Origin: Oikopleura dioica
Lineage: Eukaryota > Animalia > Chordata
Length of the DNA stretch: 64,000 nucleotides
Direction: 5' to 3'
Assembly (NCBI GenBank): GCA_907165135.1
Contig: OU015569.1
Span: 10,106,001-10,170,000, forward strand
Under the pieces are notes generated by a model. It was not told the origin of the DNA and searched no databases. It was given only the letters and a program-made list of their open reading frames with translations. Positions 1 to 16,072 of the stretch are shown one piece after another (positions within the stretch are counted from its first letter, which is position 1; every line of letters begins with the position of its first letter). Made by a program: the position numbers and the translations under genes.

Positions 1-430
1 CCTTGTGCCGCCTTGCGCCGCCTTGCGCCGCCCTGCGCCGCCCAGTCCTGCTTAAAATTTTCTTTCTCGAAGATTTTCGGCGTTTCAATGATGATTATTT
101 TCTGTTTTCTTATCGAAACGTTTATTCTCGTATATTTAAATAGTCTGACCACCAGAAGAAAGAAAACTAATAATTGAGGGTGTGATTAGCGGGAGTCTAA
201 ATTATCTCCATATTTTGGCATAAAATCATCAATTTATTAAGCACGCGACGGGCCAGAGGCCCTTACGCGCGCATTTTCTTGTAGAGAACTCATGGGGTTG
301 GCGGGGCCCAACTCTCGCTCTTGTTCCGATCATTTAGTTTGGTCAGGATTTGGTCAGACGAGACCCGGTTTGTACCGAACCGGGCGGCGCAGGGCGGCGC
401 AAGGCGGCGCAAGGCGGCGCAAGGCGGCGC
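1..430. repeat. Inverted pair of 10-bp tandem arrays (unit CCTTGCGCCG / AAGGCGGCGC); foldback or MITE-like element, left end truncated by the window
   Basis: 1-43 is the reverse complement of 382-424 with one mismatch. The right array has five 10-bp units (381-430). The spacer is about 340 bp with no credible ORF. Confidence 0.75.
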
Positions 431-582
431 TATTCAATACCCCCCAAATTCACTGCAATCAAAGTCAAAAGCGATTTTCATTAAATTCAAAAGAAAATTT
501 ATAAACTAAATCCAACCTTGTAGATCGTCTTTGCCTTGGAAAATTAGAAAATAAATTTTGTTCTTTTTTCTAAGAAATAAAC

Positions 583-1668
583 TCACTTTCTGACTTGGTG
601 TCCTCTGAATGCAGCTTGGATCTTGACGGCGGCGTCTTCGGTGGCTGGATCATTGAGATCAATATCTGCAAGCTGTTGAGTTTGTTTGAGTGAAAGGAAA
701 TCTACCTGCTACTTCATCGGAAGCTTGCGTCGCAGTGTCAGGCCCCTCAGTTGTGTTCGTCGTTTGGCTTTCGGTGACGCTTTCGGCCGGAGCAGGCGAA
801 GCAGCGCTAATTCAAAAAAGAGTTATCAAACTGTTCTCTGAATAACCCGTTCGTACCTCGGTTGAACTGGTGATTTGGATTTTGACGCTCCGCTGCCCAT
901 GTCTTGCTAAACAGGATTTGGTAAAAACTGTAAGCGAAACGTTAATTTACTGAAAAATTAGCAAAAGTGATGCCACTCTCTTGTGAGAAAACGCGCGAAA
1001 ACGTGTGAAAAAAGCCGGCTGCGAACGAAGTTCAATAACAAAAAGAAACACAAGCCGGAAAATCAATTAATAAAATCAAGCCCTATTCACTTATGATTAG
1101 GAGAGTCTTTTTTCTCAACTGTAAATGAATGCGAAATTGGAAATGAGTAAATGAGAGATCGTAAAAATCGAAAATTTAAAAGTGGCGCAAAACAGTCATT
1201 TTTAATACCTCTGAGGAGGAATGAGCTCTCTGCGATTCTGGCAATGGCTTTTCAAATTTCGGGGGTAAGGTTTCTTCGTTGATCGCGGCCGAGCTGCTGA
1301 AGGGGTCGATCTGAGAGGCTGAGTGGACTTTTAGTAAAATTTACTTATTTATCTCGGCTGTACCTTCACGCTGTTTGAGGAGAGCTTGGAAGTGGGCAGC
1401 GGCGAACTTTGGCAGATCATCCGGCTTTTCGAGGAATCATCCACGGCACTAGAGAGCCTCCAATCAATCGAGAATCGACGCAAAAATACCTCCATCCCTT
1501 ACGGATAAAAAAATTAAATATCTTAAAAATTCGTAGCTAATCTTCTATTTCTCGTCGAAATGGACAACGCCGTTCCTGTTCTTTTAAGACAGCGCGCGCC
1601 AGGGATTCAAGCGCTGATGGGAGGCCTGGCGGTACTTGCAATTGACCGTGTGACATTACGGAAGACAT
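583..1668 (-). CDS. SPA17: Sperm surface protein Sp17-like (N-terminal PKA-RIIa docking/dimerisation domain plus C-terminal IQ calmodulin-binding motif), about 6 exons
   Basis: Spliced translation: MSSVMSHGQLQVPPGLPSALESLARAVLKEQ|PDDLPKFAAAHFQALLKQRE|VHSASQIDPF...|QDMGSGASKS...|...|DIDLNDPATEDAAVKIQAAFRGHQVRK. This is the RIIa+IQ architecture of SPA17. Intron 1 (1425-1575) is GA-AG. The true 3' end may extend a little further left if GTGAGT at about 585 is a donor. Confidence 0.8.
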
Positions 1669-2799
1669 TTTCTAAACGCAATAATCTTTGTTAATAAAAT
1701 AAACCCGTCGCACGGTCCAAACAGTCGCGATAATAAACGAGCGCTTGATGAAAATTAAAGAGAATATAAAGATAATTATATCATTTTCTTGGGTGAAGGA
1801 AAATACAATTTTTCCTTCAAGGAATCTCTTTCCAAACCGCTAATCGTCGCCGTTAAAGTCTGTGATGCACTCTCTCTCTGTTGGTAATAAGGCTATAAAA
1901 AGTATTAGGCGCTATAAGAATGAGAAAAGGAGGAAAAAGATTCGAATGATGCGTCAAATAGAGCGATCGATCGGTCGTCAAGGGACCTTCCATGGAGCTA
2001 ATCCGCCCGAAAGCCTTCTTCCCAACACACCGGATTAATTATCATTAAACAGTTATTAATGCATCTATTGATTTAAAAAATATCATGAAAAATATCGAAA
2101 GAAACTCTCTCAGAAAGTATCTCTGTTCTAAGTTACCTCGAGTTCCCTCGAATTCCAGAAAAAAGTAGCGTCTAATAAAAAAAATGAATAGAAAGAAGGC
2201 GAGAATAGAATACTATCAGATCGACTGTAATTGGCGGTAGGGAGTGTTTGAAGCTTCCGCTCGAATGGGGTGAATATTTTTTCTTGCGCCGTTACCAGGT
2301 AACATTATTTGCCCCGGACTTTTGTGATTTTAATGTTGATTTATAATAATGCATCAAGACTGGGAATATTTTTATCAAGATCGCTGTTGGAGTGTTTTAA
2401 CAACTGGAGCACAAATCAATTAAAAATATTATCAAAACGTTGGATAGTATTTTCCGTATTTGCCTCGGCTCGTCTAGCCGAGAATCAATAAGAGTAGATA
2501 TACATTCAGTGGCTAAACAGAGCTAAATAACTAACTCCAAGTCTCCACAGACAGAAGGACAGTAATACGACGTGCGGTCTTAGTTCTCACAATTCCGCGC
2601 AGTTCTATATTACAAGTGTCAATCTGCGTGAATAATTTACTTTTTGTTCGCGATTTTGAAAATCAATACCGGCCTTTGAAACTCTCTCACGTGCTTTCTC
2701 TACTTTTTATGGCGAGAATTAAAAACAGTTTTTTATATTTGCTCTTGATTAGTCTGTAATTGTGTTTCCACTCTGGGGGAACAAGTTAACCAAACACAA

Positions 2800-3460
2800 C
2801 TCCTGTAAGTGCTCGAGTCAAGAGGCTGAAAATGGTTCAGTGAAAAGGCTGATAGAGGATGTCACTTGGCTGATCCGCAGCGTGGGGTAAGGCACCCTGC
2901 CGATCAGCACTTAGCGATAGGCCCCACATCGCTTCTCTCCAAATCGCTGTTTGCTCCTGGACAAGAAGGATTGGACATGCACGTTTCAATGAGCTAAATC
3001 ATGGCGGTAATAAGCGCGAAATTAGTTGGAATTATTTTCCGCGAAAATAAACCTTCTGTGCGCAGGGCACTTTCGCAATCTCGGCTAAATTATAATTTCA
3101 AATGTTCTCTCCTCTGACAATTTGCTCGGCCAAATTGACGCTCCTTTCTGTCGAATAAAATTGCGCTGAATCGTGCTGAAAAATATAGAAAATATTCGAT
3201 CAGCGGAAATTCAGCGCGAACGCAAATGAGTTTTAATGATGAACTTTTGAACTTTTCGAAGCTCGAGCTCGACTTTTCCGTCATGGCTTGCATCGGCTAC
3301 GCGGTATTTGGGATTATCTCTTTGGAAAGGGCGAAAGTTGCGGCGGGATGAGTAACTCTTTGCGGATAAGACGTGTTTCCAACAGTAGATCGCTAGTATT
3401 TTCTATATCATGCAGTATGAGAGTGTCACTCTTCGCCCGGTGTGCCCAAATGAATATTTG
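2800..3460 (-). CDS. Possible exons of an uncharacterised gene
   Basis: Open, protein-like stretch IYCWKHVLSAKSYSSRRNFRPFQRDNPKYRVADASHDGKVELELRKVQK (about 3243-3395), preceded by a plausible 37-nt GT-AG intron. No full model could be built. Confidence 0.25.
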
Positions 3461-4733
3461 ATTCACTCAATTCAGCGCCCAGACATGGATCAATGTCGCA
3501 TGTGTCAGATTTTTGCTGCTCTCCTCATCTAAACCGGACTTTTTCAAATACCCATTTAGACATAAATTTAAAACTAACGACTTCTCATTCAACAACGCGA
3601 AATTAAAAGGATCATGAAGAATGAATCTTATTGTTTATGGCGCTGTTCCCCAGCTGAAGCTTCAAATACAGCTTTTATAAATAATTAAAAGCAAATTAGA
3701 TTTTTATTGGCACGTGATTAATTGATGATAATAGGTGGATCTTCTTCTTTTAGCTCATTTGTCTTAATTTCTAATGAAAAAGAAAACTTGGATTTTCTTA
3801 GCAAAAAGTTCATCTCTTATTTATTAGCTTCTTTTTCTTAGATTTAATCTCTTATTAGTAGAATTTTTCTCTAGTAGTATTTTCTTTCTTTTTCTTTTTT
3901 GTTTCTCGTTGTTAGCATAATTTTATGTTTGCGCAAAGAGAGGCGCAATCTCTTTTTTTCTCCATTTTTTCAATTTTCCAGTCACTATAGAAACGAGGCG
4001 CGCCAAAAATCCAAATGGTCAAATTATAACTTCGTTATTGATTCGTATTCGATTATGTTTTCACTTTAACAGGAAGCAGGTCTTTCGTTCGCACATTGAA
4101 AAATTTCTCTTACTTATCAGAACTTATGCCGCATAAGTTATTAATTGTTTGACTCTGTGCTTGTAACAGTGCTGTTTCTTTCTCTTTCGAACTGTTTCTT
4201 CCCCCGTTTCTTCCTTTCACAGGCTCAAGAGTCTGTGCACTACAACTGTATTAATTATGCAGCCGATATTAAAAATGCATTTTCTCCTCTGTAATTATTC
4301 AAATTCTGTCCAAGTCACTCGCCGGAGAAAACACGCATCATGAGAGATGCAGAAAAAGACGATTACACGTGCAATTGTTCTAGGCTTAACCCTTTTTCCC
4401 ACATCTTTCTTTCAAAGATCAATTTCAATTTTTCTGATGACAGGGGTAACAAAAGGCATTTTATTTCAGCCCTGTTTTTGTGTTCTCTTTTCTTAGCTAT
4501 ATTCGCACTGAGTTAAATGCACGCTCATCCAGATTATCCTCCTTAGCGTTCGTCATCACACAGCGAAATATACAGTCTCATTATTCTCACATACAGTAAG
4601 AAAAAGACAAAGAGCATCCATATTCTGTAGATAATGGACTGTTGAACTATCTTCTATGGCATTTTCGTGGCGAGTTTAAATAAGTTTATTGAATATTTTC
4701 AGTGGAGAAAAATTTGTTTTATGAGGTCGAAAT

Positions 4734-5667
4734 TTAGGCGTAAGTTTGACTGCCGAATATGTAGTTTGTTTTGCCTGCGTCGAGATAGGCTTCCGGGTCT
4801 TCAAAGAGGTTGGTTAGAGTTAGGGGCAGAGAAAGTCCAGTCGTGATGGTGCCCAACGTTTGAACAATGTTGCTGCTGGGTCCGAAGATGTTGGTCGCTG
4901 CTGACTCGCTCATCAAAGAGCAGAAAGTGCATTCGGAGCCTGCGAGCCAGCGTGCTGGGACTTTAGTGCTCTTGCATCGGTTCACTGAAAATTTCATTTT
5001 CGTCACTATGTTTCTTCTTTTTACTCACAGAAGAATCTGCCGCCAACGAAATTTCCCTGCTCGTCATTGAGGCAGGCTTGTCGCTGCTTGCAACCAGACC
5101 AGAAGGTCGCTTCGCCGGCGTAGTTAAATCTGTACTTGACTTCGCAGACATCTTGAGCGTCATTGCAAGGCTCCATAGTTCCGTTTGCTTCGCAATCATC
5201 ATAGGACACTCCGGAACAGGTCTTACAATAGTTGTTATTAGGCTTGGCGAGGTTGATCTTTTCCTCGAAGGTGGCGAGATTCGCCAATGGCCTTCGTTCT
5301 TTTTCGGGCTCTTACCAAACAAACGACCTAAGTAATGAGTGAATCTAATTAAAGATTATGAGCCCAGTCCTTGTCCGTCAATTCCTTCTTCGTATTCTCC
5401 AATCACGTCGTCGGTCTCATCAACATTGTAGTCTACGTTGAGGAGATCCTCCGCGGTGACAGGCGCATCTTCAGCCGACGACTCGACTTGGCCCTCGTAA
5501 TTCGTTCCATAGTCGCTCAGATCGATGCCTGAGATGTAGGATGCATAATTCCCGAGAAGATTGGCGATTTCCTCTATTGTCTCGGCTCCCAATACTTCGA
5601 AGTCGTCGTAGTTTTGAGCAAGGGCGAGAGACGCCAGAACGGCAACGGATTTAGAGAAAGACTTCAT
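4734..5667 (-). CDS. Secreted protein: signal peptide, acidic linker, Cys-rich (three-finger/Ly6-like spacing) module
   Basis: MKSFSKSVAVLASLALAQ signal peptide; D/E-rich region; YCKTCSGVSYDDCEANGTMEPCNDAQDVCEVKYR...SGCKQRQAC...CTFC. At least 3 exons. Confidence 0.65.
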
Positions 5668-6920
5668 TTTTTGACGGAAAGAACACTGAAGAAACTGTTA
5701 TTTCATGAAACACGTACTCTTGTTATCCAATTTCCTGATATCACAATTAAGTCAATTCTATCTCTGTAAATCAAAAATAAAATTCAACGGACAACAATCA
5801 TTTTTTCTTTTGAATCTCTTTTATTAACAAATATTTTCTCTTGGGTAGATTAGACATGTTCATAAATTTCCCTTACCTTGATCTTATCGACCAAGGAGAA
5901 CTTGAGTACTGCCTTGCCTCAGCGTCTGAGCGCTTTTAAGAGTCCACCGGTCGGCAAACTCCTTTGAGAAAAAATGTCACCAATTGACGTCATCAAGGCA
6001 CAACAACGCAACTTCCTTGAAACTCTTGAATAACTTTAAAAACTCACAGAAATGTAATTATAAGAAACCGGAACCTAATCTTGCTTTATTCTCAAATGAT
6101 GCTTTTTTGAACTTTATTTGTGTAAACAGAAAAATTATTCTTTTAAATTTAATAGTCCCAGTCCAACAGATCCGTATGATAATACTGTGTATCCGATGAT
6201 AAGGGGTTTTCCGGAACTTAGCTTCAGACATCTGCGGCTTTTGACTGCTGAATTTTCGATTTATGCAAATTTTGATTCTGTCAAAAAATAGTACCTGCTC
6301 TTTTAGGTCTGAGGATCTGTTTTATGACGGTCGATGAGAGTCGAATCATGATGGACGTTCTGTTTTCTTTTCTTTTTTTAGAGTTTTAGACTTTCTTGTT
6401 AAGTTTGTTTTTTTTTCTATAAAAGGGTTCTCGTTTTTCTTAACTCTTTTATAGACCTGCAGCATGCATTTGGCTGGTCTCCAGAGTGACAATTGCGTAA
6501 TTTTGCTCACGAGTCCAGACGATCTCTTTTAGCTCCTTTTCCCACATCATCTACTCGAAGACGTCTGAATTGATACAGCACCTACGATTTGAGTTCCTGC
6601 CAGGGACTTCCTGGTGTATCGAGCCATCGCATTGTAAAGACTGGCACGTAAATTGTAAGGCTTTAATACGTGACCTGGTTGTATCTGGGAAATATCTTAT
6701 CATTTGGTGAATACGTATGATGCACGGCAACATTGGTTTAATGCTATTCTTTGAACTTTGTGGTGAGAATGTAAGGTGGTCACGAACGATCAGACTCAGC
6801 AAAAGTGTTATCCGCCAGAAAGCCGGGTAGATAAATTCGCCTTATTCCAAGAACGAACTTGAGTCGATCTCAGTTGGAAGAAGAGAACTGGCTTTTGAGA
6901 ACACCAAGAAGAGCAGCACT

Positions 6921-8284
6921 ATGAGACAGGTATTTAGATAAAATATATCCGCTTCGTTAAATAACTGAAATTAGACCAGATAAACTTTAAATTTAAAGGC
7001 TTTCGTCTTTATTGCATTGGCGATAGGAAACACAGAGTGTAAAGCAAATTACAGCGACAGGAAAAACTTATGTTTTGAAAGGACTCGGACAAAGCTAGAA
7101 AAGGTAAATCGTCGCCGCTTCCAAAACTCATCAGCTTCAGGCTTGCGCTGCTTCTACTGCGTGCAATGAGGTACTGTAAGCGAAACCAATGATGTAGGTA
7201 TTGTATTAGTTAGGTTTTGCTACTTTGCTTTACTCGCAGCTCCGCCAATACACTCAGTTTCAATGAGAAGACCGTAAGCATTTAAGGGTACAGACTGTGT
7301 GCGGCGCGGCGGCTACAACGCCTGGTACACTGGTTTCTACTTCAATAAAGACGACGGCAAGTGCGTCCCCTTGGATCATTACTGCCACGTCAGGAATGTT
7401 TTTCGACATAATTTTCATTATTATTATTTTAACTAAGCTTAAACCTTTTGTCTTTACCCGATTTTGATTGAAGTAAAAACTAACTTTAAGTCTTGGTAGG
7501 AAAAGGGAGTCGCGTTTAGTTCGTTTATTTCGACATTACTGAAACTGAACTCCAATCAGAGAGAAAAGAAGGATAAACAAATCGACGAGATACATCTTCA
7601 CAGTCGGCGAGAATACTAAAACAAGGGTGAAGGAACAAGGGTCACAGAAATGTAATTCCAGTTAACTGAGTCAATAAAATGGGCTTGAAACCCTCGCAGG
7701 TAGAAAACTGGTTCTCAAATAAAACCAAGTGCGAGGAAGAGTGCGTCGACCAGGGATACAACTTGAGGGAGAATAGCGATGGGTGCAAAATAAACACTTA
7801 TCTCTTCGAGGATGAGTGCGTCGCCTTAGCAGATGAGCTCGAGTCTTGTCATGTAAAGGTTCAAAGTTAGCAAATCATTTATACAGTGGAAATACAGGAA
7901 TTTCCATGAGCAGTTCTAAGTTTCGCGAAAAGTGCGTCTCTTTTCTTTGAACCTGATTTGGAGCGAAGACCTTCACTGGCGGCTTGTGAGCGGGAAGCGC
8001 GCTCGATCTTCAAACCTCGCGAATGTCACTCTGCCGACTTTGAAGGGAAGCTGAAGCGCATTTCCGCCGCATCGAATCGCATCGTCGCGCTTGGAAAAGT
8101 CGACAGGAGAGGCGCTGCGAACAAACCTGTTCTCGTCAACCTGGACGTGCGTGACCTCTTCAGCACGCGGAAGGAGGCGATTATGTATTTGGAACTGAAC
8201 GAACTTTCGAACAGCAATGTAATGCGCTGTGAAGAGCGCTTAGACTATGTTCTCGTCATCGGCTATCTAACCAAAATAGAGTAA
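6921..8284 (+). CDS. Secreted protein with a divergent Kunitz/BPTI-like domain and an unassigned C-terminal region
   Basis: MRQ|AFVFIALAIGNTECK signal peptide; NLC...GTDC...TGFYFNKDDGKCVPLDHYCH|VENWFSNKTKCEEEC gives six Cys with the Kunitz-type F/Y-x-x-x-x-x-G-x-C and N-x-F-x4-C-x3-C pattern. Later exons include ORF 7958-8284. Confidence 0.55.
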
Positions 8285-9292
8285 GTTTATATTCTTTCAA
8301 AAAACTTGGCCCAAGTCGGATTCCTTGCTCGGTTACTAAGGTTGGGAGCTCACACCAAGAAACATTGCCGGCCATGTTTTTTCCTGATTTATTATCAGTT
8401 TGTCCTCCTATAACTGCAATCCGTAGCAATAGAAACTCTAGTGCCCTTGAAGCAACCCTGATACCGCAACACCGAGGCGGTTTCAAATCAAGGCCCTTCC
8501 AAATTTCAAATTTTCCACTTGGAAGGAAGCTATGATCATAAGACTCGACCCCACGCCCGTCGACAATGCGGGGGCCACCGCGCTGTTGCTTGCGCCACAG
8601 CGTCCCAATTTAGGTTCTTCAAACTTTCACTTTTATTTGAAGGTGATAAGAATCGTGATTGTCGTTTTTGATTTTCATAGAATTCGAAATAGAAATTACC
8701 CTCCCATTGCCTAAAAGTGGGAAATGAAGCTGCTCTGTTTTCCAAAATTTATCAAAATATGAAGTGTCACTGAGATAAAAAAAAAATTAAGGCGAACGAC
8801 AGGAAACGTGAGATTCCGGGACGGTGGCTACGCCCGATTCTCCTCATCGAGAGACGATCTTTTAGACAAATTCAACGTGATAAAGAAAGCTCTTCAAAAT
8901 AGAAACAGCTAGACTAAAATCAATACACTGCTTGACTGCCAATAAACAAAAACTCTTAGTCTTTAATTTATATTTTTGTACAGTATTTTTCTTGGGATTC
9001 ATGTAAACAAGGGTTGAAGCGTATTAAAAAAATGAAAAATATGATTTTTAAGAAGCTCACGGTCTTGCTTCAAGTACAGAATCGGTGTGAACAGTTATGA
9101 TTATGTAGAAACTAAAACTTTGCCTAGGTTCGTATTCACATGAATAGTTAATTTTGTGAGAATAAATAAACATACGTAATACAGTTGGGATCAAGAAAGT
9201 GGTTGAAGGAATAGAATAGTTGTCGTCGTAGTGATTGATATTGAAAAAGATTCAGTCTTAGCCAGCAAAGAAAGCAAAATGTGACGATAGCT

Positions 9293-13964
<4,672 letters not shown>

Positions 13965-16072
13965 TAATGAAATTCGTTAAATGAAAAGTAAAATATCTCT
14001 TTTCTTTCCATTCACTTCTTTCTCTCTCTGCGGCCAGAATTTCGTTTTAAATTATATTTGTGTCTTCTATTTATTCTCCTCTATGTCTTCTCGAGGGACT
14101 TCAGGTATTACTTCTTCTTCGGAATTTCTCAGTTTGGATTTCTATCTTCTTGTGCTAGCTGAACATTCTGGTCAGTCGCAGGGATTTCGATTTAAATTAT
14201 TTCAATAAATTGAGCCCTTTTTTCGGCAGGGTGCTAAAATCCTCCCAACTAGTGATAAAAACAGCTGCCTGTTTAGCCACTATGCGACCTTTGCCGCGAC
14301 GACTCCCAATCAGCCGCCAAATGTGACCACTGAGATCCCAAATTGAAACAAAAACCTCGCCCAATACCTTTCTTCTCGCCACATAAATATGCACTCGTAC
14401 TTAGTACTTTCTTATGCTGCGGGAAAAATCGAAAACCAGCACAAAAATTGATGATAGAAAGCATCGGGCAAATTTCAATACAAATTTCAAACGGGCTGAT
14501 TATTAAAAACTTTTGCAAATCTAAATAAAACAAGTTATAATGATCAAATAGTCATGATTTTATAATTGTCGATTTAGAAGAATTTGGTGAAGAGTTTTTA
14601 ATCTGCGAGTCTTTTCCAAGTGACAACGAGTTTCTAACTTTTGTGCGGAAAATATTGGAAACACCGAAAGATCGTAAGCAGTTATGCTATTTTTACGCTC
14701 TTACCGGAAATAATGAATTCGTTTTCTCTGAAATTTCTCTCCCCAACTGCGCTACTTGTGCCTAGAGAAAGAGTCGCCTATGGCTCGAGCAGTGTCAACC
14801 CGAAGCAAAATCAAAAAGAGCGATAAGCTTAGCAACTGATTTTTCCACCCACGATTAAATAATTGAGCTATAGAAATATTGCGCGATAAATGTGAGCAGT
14901 ACTACAGTCTGGTGAGAAAGTTCGGGCTAATGGTTTTCTGAGTGTGAAAATTGGACCTCTCGCCGAGTCAAATTTACATAATTTATTTATAAGTTAAAGT
15001 AAATGGCAAAAATACGAGAAATGAACTTGCCTTGTTTTGTTCTCTTTTAATCAGCAAGTTTGAATGGGGGAACGAGTTCGATCTGTAATCGGGTGTTGAG
15101 ATTATCTGGGAAACGAAATCTTTTTTTTTCTTTCTTTTGCTCCTGCCCTAGGTTAGTGCCAGTTCGATACTGTGTCGCATGATGTAATCTAAGCTACACG
15201 AAAATATAAAATACTTTGCATCGCACAAAAAGCCTTTTGGGAGTATTATGAATGTCACTTTATTCCCATATGGATAACGAACGCTAATAAACTCTTGTGA
15301 AAATGTAAGCGTGATTAACTTTAAAGTCCCGGGCTCGATTAAAGAAATATTGTAATCTACTTCTTGTAAAAAACAATTAAATTTATTTGCACAAGCAGTT
15401 CGTGGGGTGTTCGTGATTTCGTGATTTTATGCTAAAGGTCAACAGTTTATAAATTTGAACTTTGAAAGTGCACACTATTTTTTTTTTGATGATGAAATCA
15501 AAGATTCGACAATTGAATTTTTTGTCTTTCCGAGATTGAGGGCAATTCTGCTTTCGTAAGATGCATGCTTTGGGACGTTGACCGTCGCGTCTTATGTTGA
15601 CTGAAACTTTGTCCTTTCGCTAAAATTTGTAATCATCCTATTCCGGCTTTTCTTCTTCTAATCACATTATTGCACACAAATGGAAATAAAATCAAAAGAG
15701 CAGTTTGAAAAATACAATTCAAATTCATCTGCGCATCAAATTTGCTGAGAAGGGCAGAAGAGGTGGAATGGAATCCCGGAGATCGACTTATGCAATCGTT
15801 TTCGGAGTATTTGAACAGGTCAAACAAGCATGGCCCCATCCGAAAAAGTCTGCCGAAGGTTCCTCTTGCATATTTCTGATTTGGACTTGATTCGAATTTT
15901 ATTTCTTCTTTTTTTTTACTGTTTTTGAGAGCCTATTTGAATAGAGAAACCGGAGTGCGTACAATATGACAGGTAGGAAATTTGTATTTGCATTGTTTTT
16001 GTATGGCCCCAATGTCGGGCAAATATCGAGCCCGGGAATCAAAAAAGGGAGAGAAAAAAAAGTTGCTAAAAA

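Noticed and set aside
292-509. ORFs 292-504 and 321-509
   Set aside because: They are translations of the GC-rich tandem repeat (RRRAAQGGARRRKAA) and show no other coding signal.
1425-1500. Apparent stop-riddled second RIIa segment (LEAL*CRG*FLEKP) suggesting an SPA17 pseudo-exon
   Set aside because: A much better RIIa half lies at 1576-1668, so this stretch is simply inside the GA-AG intron.
3344-3352. ACTCATCCC on the - strand, resembling the start of the Oikopleura spliced leader as I recall it
   Set aside because: Only a 9-nt match with no continuation; expected by chance.
3243-3460. Ig V-set-like reading with a single in-frame TAG (3403-3405), suggesting readthrough
   Set aside because: The TAG falls inside a plausible 37-nt GT-AG intron, the Ig resemblance is weak, and the second Cys is missing.
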